Below are positions 39,812-51,500 of a stretch of DNA of 64,000 nucleotides, in pieces. Position 1 is the stretch's first letter; every line of letters begins with the position of its first letter. The DNA lies in NCBI GenBank assembly GCA_965204375.1, contig OZ241986.1, positions 1,760,001 through 1,824,000 of the forward strand, read 5' to 3'. The DNA is from Candidatus Latescibacterota bacterium (GTDB taxonomy: Bacteria > Latescibacterota > UBA2968). The position numbers and the translations under genes are program-made. The notes under the pieces are model-generated. The model was not told the origin of the DNA and ran no database searches. It saw nothing but the letters and a program-made list of their open reading frames with translations.

Positions 39812-40783
39812 TCAATCCTTCCAAACCATCACCACGGCCATTGCTTCATCAAGGCGCGTGTACAACAAATCAAATGCCTCTGCGGCATCTTCACAGTTAA
39901 AACGGTGGGTCACCATTGTCCGGGTCTGGATCTTATCTTCCATCAACAATTGGATCGCCGTATCCGACCCCTGTGGCCGGTACGCGCTATCCAGATATCC
40001 CCCAATCAGGCGTTTGCCCTGAATTTTTGACGAATCCAGAGGCAACGGCTCGCCCTCATACAATCCCACAACCTGCAATAATCCACCCCCCCGCACCATA
40101 TCTTGCGCCTGTGAAAACGCCTGTGCGCCCGCACGTCCGCCCACCGCTTCAACCACAACATCTGCGCCCCGGCCATCGGTAAGCTCTTTCACCGCTGCAA
40201 TCGGATCGGTCTCGCCCGCATTCACCACATCATTCGCACCCAACTGTTCGGCCAAATCACAACGCAAGGACAATGCATCGACCGCGATCACACGGCAATC
40301 GTGCAAATGCCGCGCAACCTGCATGCAGCAACTCCCCACCAGACCTTGCCCCAAAATTGCCATAGTATCGTTTGGACCAGCCCCAGTTTCCCGCATCCAT
40401 AGCACCGAACTCGTAGTCAGAGGCCAAAAAGTCGCCGCTTCGGATGTAACCGCATCGGGCAGCGAAACCACTGCTGGTTTATGGCGCGAATTGACGACCT
40501 CAACAGCCACGTACTCGGCATGTGGTGCCAGAGCCGCCACCCGTTCCCCCATCGAAAAATCCTCGACCTGCGCCCCCACCTGCACAATCGTACCAGCGAG
40601 CGAATACCCCATAATCTGGTGATCAACCGCTTCTTCTCGCACATACCGCCGCCAGATCTCAGACCCCCTGCTAATCAGCGTGCGTTCCGTTCTGATGAGC
40701 ACCTCTGTCTGCCGAATTTCCGGCAAAGGCACCTCTTCAATCTCGACATGGTACGCGCCTTCGGGTTTAATCACGCGCTTCAT
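39812..40783 (-). CDS. MDR-family (zinc-binding dehydrogenase-like) oxidoreductase
   Basis: LISRGSE, GYSLAG, ILGQGLVG, DVVVEAVG, THRF; GGAGG RBS before ATG 40783. Confidence 0.88.
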   Translation of the reverse strand: MKRVIKPEGAYHVEIEEVPLPEIRQTEVLIRTERTLISRGSEIWRRYVREEAVDHQIMGYSLAGTIVQVGAQVEDFSMGERVAALAPHAEYVAVEVVNSRHKPAVVSLPDAVTSEAATFWPLTTSSVLWMRETGAGPNDTMAILGQGLVGSCCMQVARHLHDCRVIAVDALSLRCDLAEQLGANDVVNAGETDPIAAVKELTDGRGADVVVEAVGGRAGAQAFSQAQDMVRGGGLLQVVGLYEGEPLPLDSSKIQGKRLIGGYLDSAYRPQGSDTAIQLLMEDKIQTRTMVTHRFNCEDAAEAFDLLYTRLDEAMAVVMVWKD

Positions 40784-40794
40784 GGAACACCTCC

Positions 40795-40995
40795 CGTAAG
40801 AAGTAAGAAGTGAGAAGCAAGAAGTGAGAAGTCCACCCAACACCGCCCAAAAGGCGGTAAAGCGGAAGAGCCAAGAGGTGGAAATCCATCTTACACTCTC
40901 ACATCTTGTATCTTTCATCTATGTTCAGGCTCAAATTATTCGCTGTCCTCTTGTTTTTCACACTTCATACTTCATCCTTCACACTTCCCATCACC
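40795..40995. repeat. Heptamer-repeat intergenic element
   Basis: (GTAAGAA/GTGAGAA)x5 at ~40796-40832 and (CTTCA..)n at ~40960-40990. Confidence 0.7.
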
Positions 40996-42890
40996 CAATC
41001 GTACATCTCCCCAGCACGTTCGACAGCGCGATCTACATCTTCGCGCAACATCAACCGCTCCCCCACCAATTTCCGAGCGGCTTGCGCCACACAGTCCAAA
41101 TACGCTTCGCGGCTGCCATAGCGTTGAGCAATCGATAGTCGCGAATCGCCCTCGCGCTCATCCTCATCGCGCGCAAATGGTACCCACATCCCATCGAGGC
41201 CAACGAGCGCATCTGTCGCGCCGCGTTGTCGATAACGCCAGCCCGTAAACGTACCCAGAGGCGCGACCACCTCTGGCATGCGAATACCCGCGACCTCATT
41301 GCCATCTCGATCGACCTGGGGCACGCGCACCCCCAAAGGACGCCCCTTTTCAGGCGGCTCGATATCGATAATACCTGCATCCCATCTGTTCCCCCAGTTC
41401 AATCGCAGGGGGCGCCGCATGCGCCTGGGACTTCGCAAATCTGGAATAGTGGGAAATTTCAAATCATCCGCATCCACCAGAGAACCATCCGCAATGCGGC
41501 CATACCTGCTCTCAGGAGGAGCAACGCCCTCGCACACCCATCGATCTAACGCAACGAGAAGGGCGCGTTCTGCATAGCGAAAATTCACGGGATTTGGGGG
41601 CACTGCTCGCCCCGGTTTTGTGGGCACATCACCCGGACCATGTTTTGTACTTGCAAAATGATAAACGCGAACCGAAGGATGAATCTCGACATCCTCTTGC
41701 CCGCGTACATCTGTGTGAATCAAAGACGCGGCGCGATTCCAGTATTCGGTTGAGGTATTGGTATAAAAAATGTGAGGTGTCACCCCCGCAGCCTCACAGC
41801 GATCCAACAAACCGCCCGCTTCCCGCGTTTCCGTATCTATCTGCGACAAATCCGTAAATGGAAACTGCTCCGTGGGATACAACGCATCAAAATGTGCGCT
41901 GGCATGCCGCGAAGGCTGAGCAAACCGATGGTTAAATGACCCCCGTGCGCCGCCTGCAACATTGGCAAATATCCCATCGAAAACCTTTCGGCCAGCCTCA
42001 TCTCCATTAAAGCCCTCATACAACATGTGCCGCAAAAAACGCCCACTTTGCGACGACCCAAAAGCATACGCCCGCTCAATCGCACTGCCCAGCGGATTGC
42101 CATCCCTTTCGTACTTCAAAAACGATATAAAATCCCGGGTCGCGGCAAAACCCGTTCCCATCACAGTTGGATTTTTGCCTGTATAAACCAGATTGTAAAT
42201 GCGCCCCGGTTCAAATCCCTGTGGAAATCGGATCGCAGCGCGCCCATCTTCTAACCGATCAAAAGCCCATTGATTGCGCCCAATTTCCTCGGCTTCATCA
42301 TACGGATACGCCCGCACAGTGAGCACCGCATCGCCATCTTCCACGGGTTCATAGGGATCGTGATAGCGACTCCCCAGAGAATGCAAATCCGTCTCTGCAT
42401 CAACGACAATCTCACACGACACGGGACCGGTAACATCGACCACTGGCGCGTCCAATGTCATCAAATTGGTAGCGCCTTCTGCTTCAGACGGCACATCGGC
42501 CTGCCAACCACACGCGGCAATCGTATAACCCTGCCGCATCAAAAAGCCATCGCCAAAATTTGCGGCAGTCTCTGGCATATTCGACCCAGTTGCCAGATTA
42601 AACATGGGCAAAATATTTTTGCGCCCGCGATTGACCACATTGTAAAACACAGTACTGTTGCCCCGCGCGACATCAACCGGCTTGAGCAAATGCACATCGG
42701 CTCGAAAAATCACCCGCCCATTCTCATCAACGGGCGCGAGATTTAAATCGACAATCGCCTCGTTTTGTTTGTGATTGGGATCAAGCGCGAACCACGCACT
42801 GCCACATAGCGCTTCATAAGCCCCCACAGCGCCGTATAACTTGCCATCGAGCACAGTTTCCCGAGAAGTAATTTCCAATTGCGTGAGCAT
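40965..42890 (-). CDS. Alpha/beta hydrolase domain protein (Abhydrolase_10-like)
   Basis: VGAYEAL, YNVVNRG, GSSQSGRFLR nucleophile elbow, STEYW, DRDGNEVAGIRMPE. Confidence 0.85.
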   Translation of the reverse strand: MLTQLEITSRETVLDGKLYGAVGAYEALCGSAWFALDPNHKQNEAIVDLNLAPVDENGRVIFRADVHLLKPVDVARGNSTVFYNVVNRGRKNILPMFNLATGSNMPETAANFGDGFLMRQGYTIAACGWQADVPSEAEGATNLMTLDAPVVDVTGPVSCEIVVDAETDLHSLGSRYHDPYEPVEDGDAVLTVRAYPYDEAEEIGRNQWAFDRLEDGRAAIRFPQGFEPGRIYNLVYTGKNPTVMGTGFAATRDFISFLKYERDGNPLGSAIERAYAFGSSQSGRFLRHMLYEGFNGDEAGRKVFDGIFANVAGGARGSFNHRFAQPSRHASAHFDALYPTEQFPFTDLSQIDTETREAGGLLDRCEAAGVTPHIFYTNTSTEYWNRAASLIHTDVRGQEDVEIHPSVRVYHFASTKHGPGDVPTKPGRAVPPNPVNFRYAERALLVALDRWVCEGVAPPESRYGRIADGSLVDADDLKFPTIPDLRSPRRMRRPLRLNWGNRWDAGIIDIEPPEKGRPLGVRVPQVDRDGNEVAGIRMPEVVAPLGTFTGWRYRQRGATDALVGLDGMWVPFARDEDEREGDSRLSIAQRYGSREAYLDCVAQAARKLVGERLMLREDVDRAVERAGEMYDWVMGSVKDEV

Positions 42891-42944
42891 TAATCCGCTC
42901 CAATTCTCAAAAATTCTCTACCAGTTCCGATATATCCGCACGAC

Positions 42945-43880
42945 CTAAAGCACAGTGAGATCGAAGGGATTGGACCACGCCTTGTCGCCATTTGGTGCAA
43001 TAATCTCAAAACGCACGTGTTTTGAGCCGGGCCGCAGCACGAAAGTGGCGGCCTCAAATAGCTTACCACCCTCGTGGTATTCGGTTCCCCTCGAATCTAA
43101 GACCGCAGCGATCCGCTGTGCGGGTGAGCATTTTACCGTGGCTTCAACCGTGCGACCTTCCCCACTATGCAACTGAATATCAAAAATCTGTGGCCCCGTT
43201 GACGAATAACCCGCACCAGATTCCAGTGCTTCGACAATGGCTTTGGGTGACCGTTCCTTCACACGCACCATAGTCCAGCCCTGATACGTATCGCGCTCTT
43301 CTGAATCAGCCGCGTGGGAATCGTCATTGCCCAGTGCCGGGAGCAATTGTCCGGACAAATCCATCCAATCGTCCCAGTGCACAGAAGACTCACCGCGCCC
43401 GGCGCACCGACAAGTCGTATTAAAAACTTCTATCCCCGCCAAACCCGTCAGCGGCATTGTATCGCGCAAAATATTGACCCCACTCCAGTGCGGATGTGCG
43501 AGCCAGATCGAACCCCCCTGTTTTTTTACTTCATCAATCACATGTTGCGGGGGCATCGCCCGGGCATCCATATCCTCTGAAATATTGAGTGCCACAAAGT
43601 GGTGGCGGTCGCCGCCAAAGGGATTGTCGGGATGCAATTCAGCACCCTGGATAAGCGTAAAATTTTCAGGACAGGTCAGTGTTTCGACAAATGTGATATC
43701 GTTATGATCTGATACACACAAATAATCGTAGCCCTGATTGATATACCCATCCACCCGTTCTTGCGGCGAGACCCGCCCATCTGAATTTGTCGAATGGCTA
43801 TGCAAATTCCCCTTCAGCCACATATAACCATCGCCATCAGATAAAACAAACGGATTTACCAACCCATTTTCCTCGGACAT
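42945..43880 (-). CDS. PHP-domain metallohydrolase (CehA/McbA family)
   Basis: KGNLHSHSTNSDG, SDH, LAHP, IEVFN, NDDSH, AWSNP. Confidence 0.85.
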   Translation of the reverse strand: MSEENGLVNPFVLSDGDGYMWLKGNLHSHSTNSDGRVSPQERVDGYINQGYDYLCVSDHNDITFVETLTCPENFTLIQGAELHPDNPFGGDRHHFVALNISEDMDARAMPPQHVIDEVKKQGGSIWLAHPHWSGVNILRDTMPLTGLAGIEVFNTTCRCAGRGESSVHWDDWMDLSGQLLPALGNDDSHAADSEERDTYQGWTMVRVKERSPKAIVEALESGAGYSSTGPQIFDIQLHSGEGRTVEATVKCSPAQRIAAVLDSRGTEYHEGGKLFEAATFVLRPGSKHVRFEIIAPNGDKAWSNPFDLTVL

Positions 43881-43904
43881 AACAAACTCCTTTGATTTAA
43901 TTCC

Positions 43905-45038
43905 TCACTCCTGCCACCAGACCTTCCCATCCCGAACAGACGCGCGACAAACCAATCGCTGCTCACCCATCAACACCTGTTCCATCGCGTCGGTCAACTC
44001 AAATTTCCCTTTTTCCAATTCAAATACAGCGACATCGCCCGCAGCACCAACCCCCAGGTGTCCAAGATCATCCTCTCGATCAATCACCTGTGCCGGTTCA
44101 ATGGTTGAGCGTTGAATCACTTCCTCGAGCGACATGCCCAAATTCAGAAACTTGGACATCGTCGTCGGCAAGTCGTAAACAGGACCATCGATATTGTACG
44201 AATGGATATCACTGCTGATGGTATCGGGTGGAAAACCATCTTCCATCGCTGCGCGCCCCACGTCGTAACTAAAACTGCCCAATCCGTGGCCAATGTCAAA
44301 AATCACCCCGCGATCGCGCGCATCCCACGCCTCAGAAATCACCTTTCCCCGATTGTCGATAATCGACGCGGGTTGCGTACCGTGAAAACAATGGGTCACA
44401 ATATCGCCGGGGCGCAGAGGCTGAAGCAGGTCGCGCAAAGGCACATCGGCATTGCTGATATGAACCATCAGGGGTTTTTCGCACCGATTGGCGGCTTCCA
44501 GGGCAATTTGCAACAAATCGCGCACATCCGCATCGCCGCCCACGCCTTTGTACAAACGCACCTTAACGCCCAGTGCTGTTTTAGGGTGATTCAAAACCGT
44601 CTGCGCGCATTCGCTGGCCGACACATAGCCCTCATACACCATCTCGCCGCGCCGCCAGGGCAACCCGACACCCGACAGATTGACATAGGCCAAAATGCGC
44701 GTTGAAGACGGCTCCATCACATAGCGCTCCAATCCGCGATAATTGATCCATCCCGCCGTCCCCGTATCAACACTCGTTGTCACGCCCGTGCGCGGACACA
44801 AATCATCGGCCTCTATGCCAAAACTCGACACATCTTTGTACACATGGGTATGCAAATCGATCAGCCCCGGCATCACGAGACATCCGCTTGCGTCAATTAC
44901 TGAATCAGCCTCACCCAAATCGCGCCCAATAGCTGCCACCACGCCATCCTTCAACGCCACATCCAATGCGCCATGTACGCCATTGGCCGGATCTATCACC
45001 GTGCCACCTGTTATCAACACATCGTATTGACCAGCCAT
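43905..45038 (-). CDS. Amidohydrolase/deacetylase family metallohydrolase (dihydroorotase-like)
   Basis: PGLIDLHTH, GVKVR, MVHI, THCFH, DIGHG, ISSD. Confidence 0.88.
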   Translation of the reverse strand: MAGQYDVLITGGTVIDPANGVHGALDVALKDGVVAAIGRDLGEADSVIDASGCLVMPGLIDLHTHVYKDVSSFGIEADDLCPRTGVTTSVDTGTAGWINYRGLERYVMEPSSTRILAYVNLSGVGLPWRRGEMVYEGYVSASECAQTVLNHPKTALGVKVRLYKGVGGDADVRDLLQIALEAANRCEKPLMVHISNADVPLRDLLQPLRPGDIVTHCFHGTQPASIIDNRGKVISEAWDARDRGVIFDIGHGLGSFSYDVGRAAMEDGFPPDTISSDIHSYNIDGPVYDLPTTMSKFLNLGMSLEEVIQRSTIEPAQVIDREDDLGHLGVGAAGDVAVFELEKGKFELTDAMEQVLMGEQRLVCRASVRDGKVWWQE

Positions 45039-45045
45039 ATCATCC

Positions 45046-46044
45046 TCACGATCGCTCTGCAATATAGGTTTCCGCATCAATTTTTCCCTCGGCAATCAAT
45101 TCGCGGAACAGTACCACAGTTTCAGCCACGCCTTCTGTCAGCTGCTTGTGCGCCACTGTGCCAATCGCAGCCTCTAATCCACTGCCATCGACTTCCTGGG
45201 GAAACGGCAACTGAATATCTTCAAACGTAATCTTATCCGCAGCTTCAGGTGCTGCCCGATCAATCGCATCCTTCACATCCTGCATATCGGGTGCAAATCC
45301 CCCCAAATTAAATGCCCCGGCACCTGTGTAATCAGCCCGTGCAGCCTGAATAAACGCACGCGCCGTATCATCCGCATACTGAAAAACAGTGCGCCCACCA
45401 TAAGAAATGTGATAGGGCAAATTGGCTGCCGCTGCGAGCATAGCTGTCGTTGGCGTAGAAGTAATTCCCTGATCTCGCCCCACCCCATAGACCACATAGG
45501 GCCGAAAGCCGATAGAAGACACCCCCTCGTCGAGCCAATACACATGCGCGGTTCCCTCATTCGCCTGTTTGTACACGCCGTAATGCGTATGGGGCATCAG
45601 CGCGGAATCATCTCGCATCACAGCGCCCGGCTCGTAATCTTCGGGCGCGCCAAAAACAGCGACAGAGCTTGCATAGACCACTTTGCCAATGTGCTCCCGT
45701 CGGCGTTTCACAGCTTCAAAAACATTTGCAGTACCCACCACATTGACCCGCGCGCCGAGCGGCGGATCGGCCTTGCAAAACGGCACTTGAAGCCCGGCCA
45801 GATGAATGACATGGGTAATATCATTATCGTCCAGAGCCTCTTCAAAAGCAGGCAAATCCGCAATATCTCCTGCAACAAAATTTACCTGCGCCAATTCGTC
45901 ATCCGACAGCAACAATTGCAACCGCCGGGGCTTTGTCGCCAGATCGAATACCGTGACTGGCACCCCTTCACGCACCAGGTTATGCACGGTCCATGCGCCA
46001 ATACACCCCAATGCACCCGTAACTAAAAAACGCTCGTCAGCCAT
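45046..46044 (-). CDS. NAD-dependent epimerase/dehydratase
   Basis: LVTGALGCIG, YASS, HYGVYK. Confidence 0.88.
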   Translation of the reverse strand: MADERFLVTGALGCIGAWTVHNLVREGVPVTVFDLATKPRRLQLLLSDDELAQVNFVAGDIADLPAFEEALDDNDITHVIHLAGLQVPFCKADPPLGARVNVVGTANVFEAVKRRREHIGKVVYASSVAVFGAPEDYEPGAVMRDDSALMPHTHYGVYKQANEGTAHVYWLDEGVSSIGFRPYVVYGVGRDQGITSTPTTAMLAAAANLPYHISYGGRTVFQYADDTARAFIQAARADYTGAGAFNLGGFAPDMQDVKDAIDRAAPEAADKITFEDIQLPFPQEVDGSGLEAAIGTVAHKQLTEGVAETVVLFRELIAEGKIDAETYIAERS

Positions 46045-46118
46045 AATTCCCTCTAAAAAAATCCGTTGGCATACACAATCACCAACGGATTTTCGTTATC
46101 AAAATGAACCCTTTGCGA

Positions 46119-48563
46119 TCAGAACAACAAGACCGATACCGACTTCTGGATCATGGCAATAGACACAGACGCCATTCCCACGAGGGCCATCCCTACGGAA
46201 AAGCCCACCGCCAATACTGTCGCATAAAGACGCCATTGTTTCTTGCCAAAACGCTTCCAAAAATAATAGCGGGCAATCAACGCACCGATGATCTGGGTGA
46301 TCATCGTATGTGGAATATTGGTCAAACTCTGCACATAACCAAAGATCAGCAAAATGGGCAACCCAAACACGGACAAAATAATAAAGAACACAAGTCCAAC
46401 GGCAAATCCGGTGCCAATAACCCAGGGTTTCAAAGCCTCGAACAAAATAGGCTGATCATCTGACGACTGCAAAAATGCCCCGTCAAAAGAAGGCACCTGA
46501 TCGATCTCGTATTGATAGAACAACTCTCGATCCTGCGGATCCATCGCCCTGGAAATGATCATTTCTGGATTTGGCGTATTCAGATGCGCGCCATCAGCCG
46601 CACTGCGTATTTCTGGCGCAGAAGGCAACCCCAGTGCTAAAGCTTCTGAAATATCGGGAGGAGCACGACTCAGCGTTGCGGGCGGGTATGGCGGAGGCTG
46701 TGCCTCATCAAAATTGGTATAAAAATAAGCAGTACTCGACCACGGCCCATACTTGCGATCTTCAATGGGTACACTATCCGGATCATCGGGCGTTGCCCGC
46801 ACCCGCCAGTACCACCACGCATTATTCGACAAATTGGCCGGCGTCCACGTTACAGTGCCCTCTTGCGAATAGTCAACTTCGCCGCGCATAGTGCTGGTAA
46901 TCCACACACATCGCTGAAGGGCGCGCAATGGCCAGAACAATTGCACGTAAGGATATGCATCGGACGGAATGGGCGCGAGTTTCCAGATATAGGACCAGTA
47001 CATAAAACTGGTCAGAAAAACCAGCGGCACCATAAAAATTTCGGCTCTCAGAATACTCCTGAAGCTGGTACCCGTCAACTCAATCTCTCGGAATCGCTGC
47101 GCCGCTGCCCCGTAGTTATCCAGGCCAAAATCCACAAACCAGATATGAATCCCTCTGAATCCGCTCAGGAAAATCGTGGCTTCTTTAATGTATGGAATAC
47201 TCACATTTTGCCCCACCATACCGTCTAAACGGGCATTCACAAATGAAATGAGGGGCGTATAAACAAATGCAAAAATAAAGAAAAACACCAACAAGGTGGT
47301 CGTCACCAACTGCGGAAACAAAATTTTTGATATTACAATGGTGTACAAGCTCGCCAGGCAAAACAACACCACGCAAATCCAAATCCTGAAATCACCTCGT
47401 CCGGGCGGCGTCTCCCACGATCCCTTCTCGGTCTTTTCAATCCGCGCGGTTCGCACCCCCCGCCACACCTGATAAAACCCGATAACAGTAATGGCAAACG
47501 TAATACCAATGCCAAAGCTCATCCAGAAATCAATACCCGTCACAAAGTGTGTCTGAATGGTGTCCATCCCCATAAACCAGTGGGGCATATATCCATACTT
47601 ATGTAAAAGTGGGCTTGCGATTGTATGGATGACCACCCCGACAAAGGACCCTATCACTGCCCAGAAGGGGGCGAGAAAGCCTGTAAAAATAGGTCCCAGA
47701 TGCAGGGTGAAGCCCAGAGGCGTCGCGGGTAAAAAATATCCTGTATATTGCGTAAAATCGACCCAGGGAATTGGAATAAGCTGCACGGGCTGTTCCATAA
47801 ACGCACCCGTAATAGCCGGCACAGCTACATAAACCATCCCCCACACCACACCGATCACTGCGCCAATAGAAAACATGCGCCAGCGCCACGTAATATCTCC
47901 ACTGCTCTCTTCTGCCAATGCCATAGCCCCATGCGCGTTGATGGGTGCAAACGGAAATGGCAGATTCTCGTAATCGGACGTGATTCGGAACAACACATAA
48001 CTGGCGGTAAACCAGGCAATGCGCCCCATAATCGTGCCCATCACCAAAAATGCAATGGGCCAAAACCAATCGGCGTGTAAAAACGTGCGCTCGATCAGTG
48101 CCTCGGAATTTGCAGGAGGTGCCCACCACCACAGTTCGCTCAATGACTTTTGTATGCCAAATTGTACGGCTGCAGGCGACTGCACAAAATACTGATGCCA
48201 CAACAGACCTTCAAAGGCATTGGACTCCCGGTTGACCAGCGAACTCGTCACATAAAACAGCAGATAGACTTCTTGCCGCTTGAGTATGGTAAACGAGCGC
48301 TTTGCCAGTTCGATAAACAAAATAATCGTGACCCACTGCGCTGCCGCGCCAATCGAGCCACCGATCATCAGATCCAGATAAATATTGCCGGGCACCATCA
48401 CAATCGACACAAATAACGCACCCACAATGGTCTTGCTATTGAACCCATTGACAAATTCGTCTGGATCGTCGAGCAGATCTCGATACTCTTCAATCTCTTC
48501 AAATTGCGTATTTTTCTTTGGTGGTTTGTCTTTGTTCCGTCTTAAAAGATTGCCTAAAGCCAT
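46119..48563 (-). CDS. OPT-like multi-pass membrane protein with inserted extracytoplasmic Ig-like domain
   Basis: About 16 hydrophobic segments, ENLPFPFAP and PIPWVDFT motifs, PIPSDAYP; soluble ~145-aa insert before the last TMs. Confidence 0.7.
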   Translation of the reverse strand: MALGNLLRRNKDKPPKKNTQFEEIEEYRDLLDDPDEFVNGFNSKTIVGALFVSIVMVPGNIYLDLMIGGSIGAAAQWVTIILFIELAKRSFTILKRQEVYLLFYVTSSLVNRESNAFEGLLWHQYFVQSPAAVQFGIQKSLSELWWWAPPANSEALIERTFLHADWFWPIAFLVMGTIMGRIAWFTASYVLFRITSDYENLPFPFAPINAHGAMALAEESSGDITWRWRMFSIGAVIGVVWGMVYVAVPAITGAFMEQPVQLIPIPWVDFTQYTGYFLPATPLGFTLHLGPIFTGFLAPFWAVIGSFVGVVIHTIASPLLHKYGYMPHWFMGMDTIQTHFVTGIDFWMSFGIGITFAITVIGFYQVWRGVRTARIEKTEKGSWETPPGRGDFRIWICVVLFCLASLYTIVISKILFPQLVTTTLLVFFFIFAFVYTPLISFVNARLDGMVGQNVSIPYIKEATIFLSGFRGIHIWFVDFGLDNYGAAAQRFREIELTGTSFRSILRAEIFMVPLVFLTSFMYWSYIWKLAPIPSDAYPYVQLFWPLRALQRCVWITSTMRGEVDYSQEGTVTWTPANLSNNAWWYWRVRATPDDPDSVPIEDRKYGPWSSTAYFYTNFDEAQPPPYPPATLSRAPPDISEALALGLPSAPEIRSAADGAHLNTPNPEMIISRAMDPQDRELFYQYEIDQVPSFDGAFLQSSDDQPILFEALKPWVIGTGFAVGLVFFIILSVFGLPILLIFGYVQSLTNIPHTMITQIIGALIARYYFWKRFGKKQWRLYATVLAVGFSVGMALVGMASVSIAMIQKSVSVLLF

Positions 48564-48584
48564 AGATTTTCCCGTCTATAGATA

Positions 48585-51500
48585 CTATGCGTTGACCGCT
48601 GCTGTGGGAGCAGAGAGCAATTCCCGCCCTTTTTCCGTGTATTTGGCGCGATTACCTGGATCAACCGTTCGCCAGATCAAAAACTGTTTGCGAAGCGCAT
48701 TCATAAAGCCCTGATTGCCCCGTCGCCACGAAGCCACATCGCCCGAAAGCCGATCTATTGTCAGGGTCATCGAAAAAATATTGTGCTCTCCCGTGGGCAC
48801 GGCTTCAAAATGCACCTGCTGACTTACGCCCAAATCATAAGGTGCCAACCATATCGTCGTATCAATCGTATATCCCGCGCCGGTTGCTGCTTCAACCGAA
48901 TCAAAACGCGCGCCATCTGTATAAAACGCGCCCATGGACTCGCCCATGTGCGACTCGAAATAATCCACCAAAAACACCGACAGCCCAAATACATCTTTGC
49001 CGCCCACGGTAAATGGAAACTCAAAATGCCAGTGATCGCCTTCCGGATCGGGCAACTTCCAGCGGCGCGTCACATCGGGCACGGCCATCATTGACGCCTG
49101 GCGCGCGGGATAGATCGACGACAGCAAAACCACCACCATCACCAGTGCCGAAGAAATCACCGTTGACAATGCCGAATAATTCACATTAAGCCCTTGCAAC
49201 AACCCCTGCCACAACAAAATTTTGATCACCCCTTGCCCGAGCAAATACCCCGATACAGTACCCAGTACGGCATAAACGCACGCCTCGGCAATAAACAAAA
49301 AGGCGATGTGTACAGGTGCCAGGCCCACAGCAGAATAAATGCCGATCTCGCGGAAACGCTCGTACACCGACCCCATCATCGTATTCAGTACAATTAGCGC
49401 AGCCACCAGGATGGGAACAAACAAATTGGCAAGGCCGGGCAATGGACCCCATCCCAGCGAACTGTAAATTGACACCTGAATTTTGCCATCTTCCCCAGGA
49501 ATACCCGCGTACACAACCACCGACAACCGCGACACATATTCTTTGACCTGTTCCTCAACATTTACATCTTCGCGCAAACGAATCGCCACAGATTGCAGTG
49601 GGCTACCCACCTCTCGCAATATCTTATAGGGAATAATGGCAACATCGTCAGGATCAATATGCTCGAATGGCATGTTCTCGAGCTGAGGCTGTTCCAGGCC
49701 CTGTTTTTCGCGACTCTCCTGCTGAGTCATCTGAGAGATAATTTCATCATCCGTCAGCTTAAAATCTGCCGGACTCAACATCTCGCCATCCAGGTCCTTG
49801 AGATCGCGCATTTTTTCTGCATCGATCAACCCCACGATTTTCAACTGTTTGCCGAATAAGCGCACGCTCTTTTTGCCAACATCCTCTGGCTCTACCTTGA
49901 GCAATCCGGCTATTTTGCCTGGCAAAATACACGCGATCTCACCCTCTTCAAACCACCGTCCATGGCTCAACAAAGTATCGATGCTCGTGACTGCAGGCTC
50001 ATTGACCGATAGTCCCACTATCCCCAGCACTTTGGTCGATTTTTCAGGCGTTTCAATAGGCGTCTTTTTTAAGTCTCGCGTCACATACCAGCTGCGCGGT
50101 GCAATCTCACCCTGATCGAAAAAATTGATGCGGGCGTAATCATAAGCCGTATCCTCCAGCGGTCCCCAGAACTGGCTGCGGATCAACAGCCCTGGGTACT
50201 TACCTTCGGTATCATCCAGAGGGAGTTGATGAAAATCGAGCGTCGTCTTAATCGATGTAAAGGACAACACCGTAAATGTCAACAAGACCAGTGTCGCAAA
50301 TGTCAGACCGGTGCGCATTTTGCGCTTTTTCATGTTGGCAATACCCAACTGAAATGCTGCCACCGATGCGCTTATACGCCCCACATCCGTATCGTGCAAC
50401 AACACCTCTTCGGTACGCAACTGTCGGATATTGTCGTGAAACCGCCCCGACACAATGGCAATCACAAAAATTGCCAGTGCCAGAATCACAAAAGCCAGCA
50501 AAATCACAAACGGATTGGAGAGATCAAAAGCGGGATGCACCTGCGCGAGAACGATCCAGATCACCAAAAAAACCACGCCAAAACCGCCGATTTGTACCCG
50601 GATATCGGAAAAGGTAAAAAGCAACCGCTCGACAAAAAACGCACACGGAATGACCAGTAGCATAAAGAAAATTACGCCTCGAATCACATCGTTTTGCGTT
50701 GATTTTACGTCTGGATAGGCGCGCGATTCGAGGCCCATACCCGCGCGTGTGTGTTTGACAAACAAATCCCATTTCTTGTCTTGCATCGCTTCTTCAGCCA
50801 GATCCAGATGCTCTTTGGCCTGATCGTGCAAATTGGTCATTCGCTGGTTCTCAATCGAATACTTCGCCAATTCGCGCATTCGCGCCTCGTTCAGCGTCCA
50901 CATGTCTTTTGCGGCCTGGAACGAAGAGCGAATAAACGCCCCCCCGTGTTGCAAAATCTGAAACCCATCGCCACGCGCTACTTCCACACTTTCCGCACTC
51001 TTTGAGTTCAACAACAAATAGCGCACGCCGATCTCCCGCTCCCGCATCACAATTTTGATCCGTTCGCCCGGCGTTGTGAAAATGGTTCCCACCGGTTCTT
51101 CTGGACCAAAGCCAATGGCATAGCCGTATTCTTGCGGTGCCGTATTGCCGGGACCGAGCACGCTGATGCTCGTCAACTTGGTGAGATAACGAGGATCGAC
51201 TGTATCGTAAAAATCCGTAGCAATACACGGAAACAAAATCCGCGTGCGCTTGGATATCCACCAGTCCATATTAAACTCACCCCGGTATATGCGCGCCTGG
51301 CGACCGTGATTGGGCGCGTACGTAATTTCGCCGCTTTCTGGATCCATATAAAAAGCCTTCACATCCACGCGGCGTTCGGCAATGCCCGGCATGTAAAATT
51401 CGCCATTTTCATCGGCAATGTCGTAATAGACGCGGCGCACGCCTTTAATCGATTTGTCATTGCCCATTCGCAGCGAAGCCACAGCACCAGGGCGGGGACG

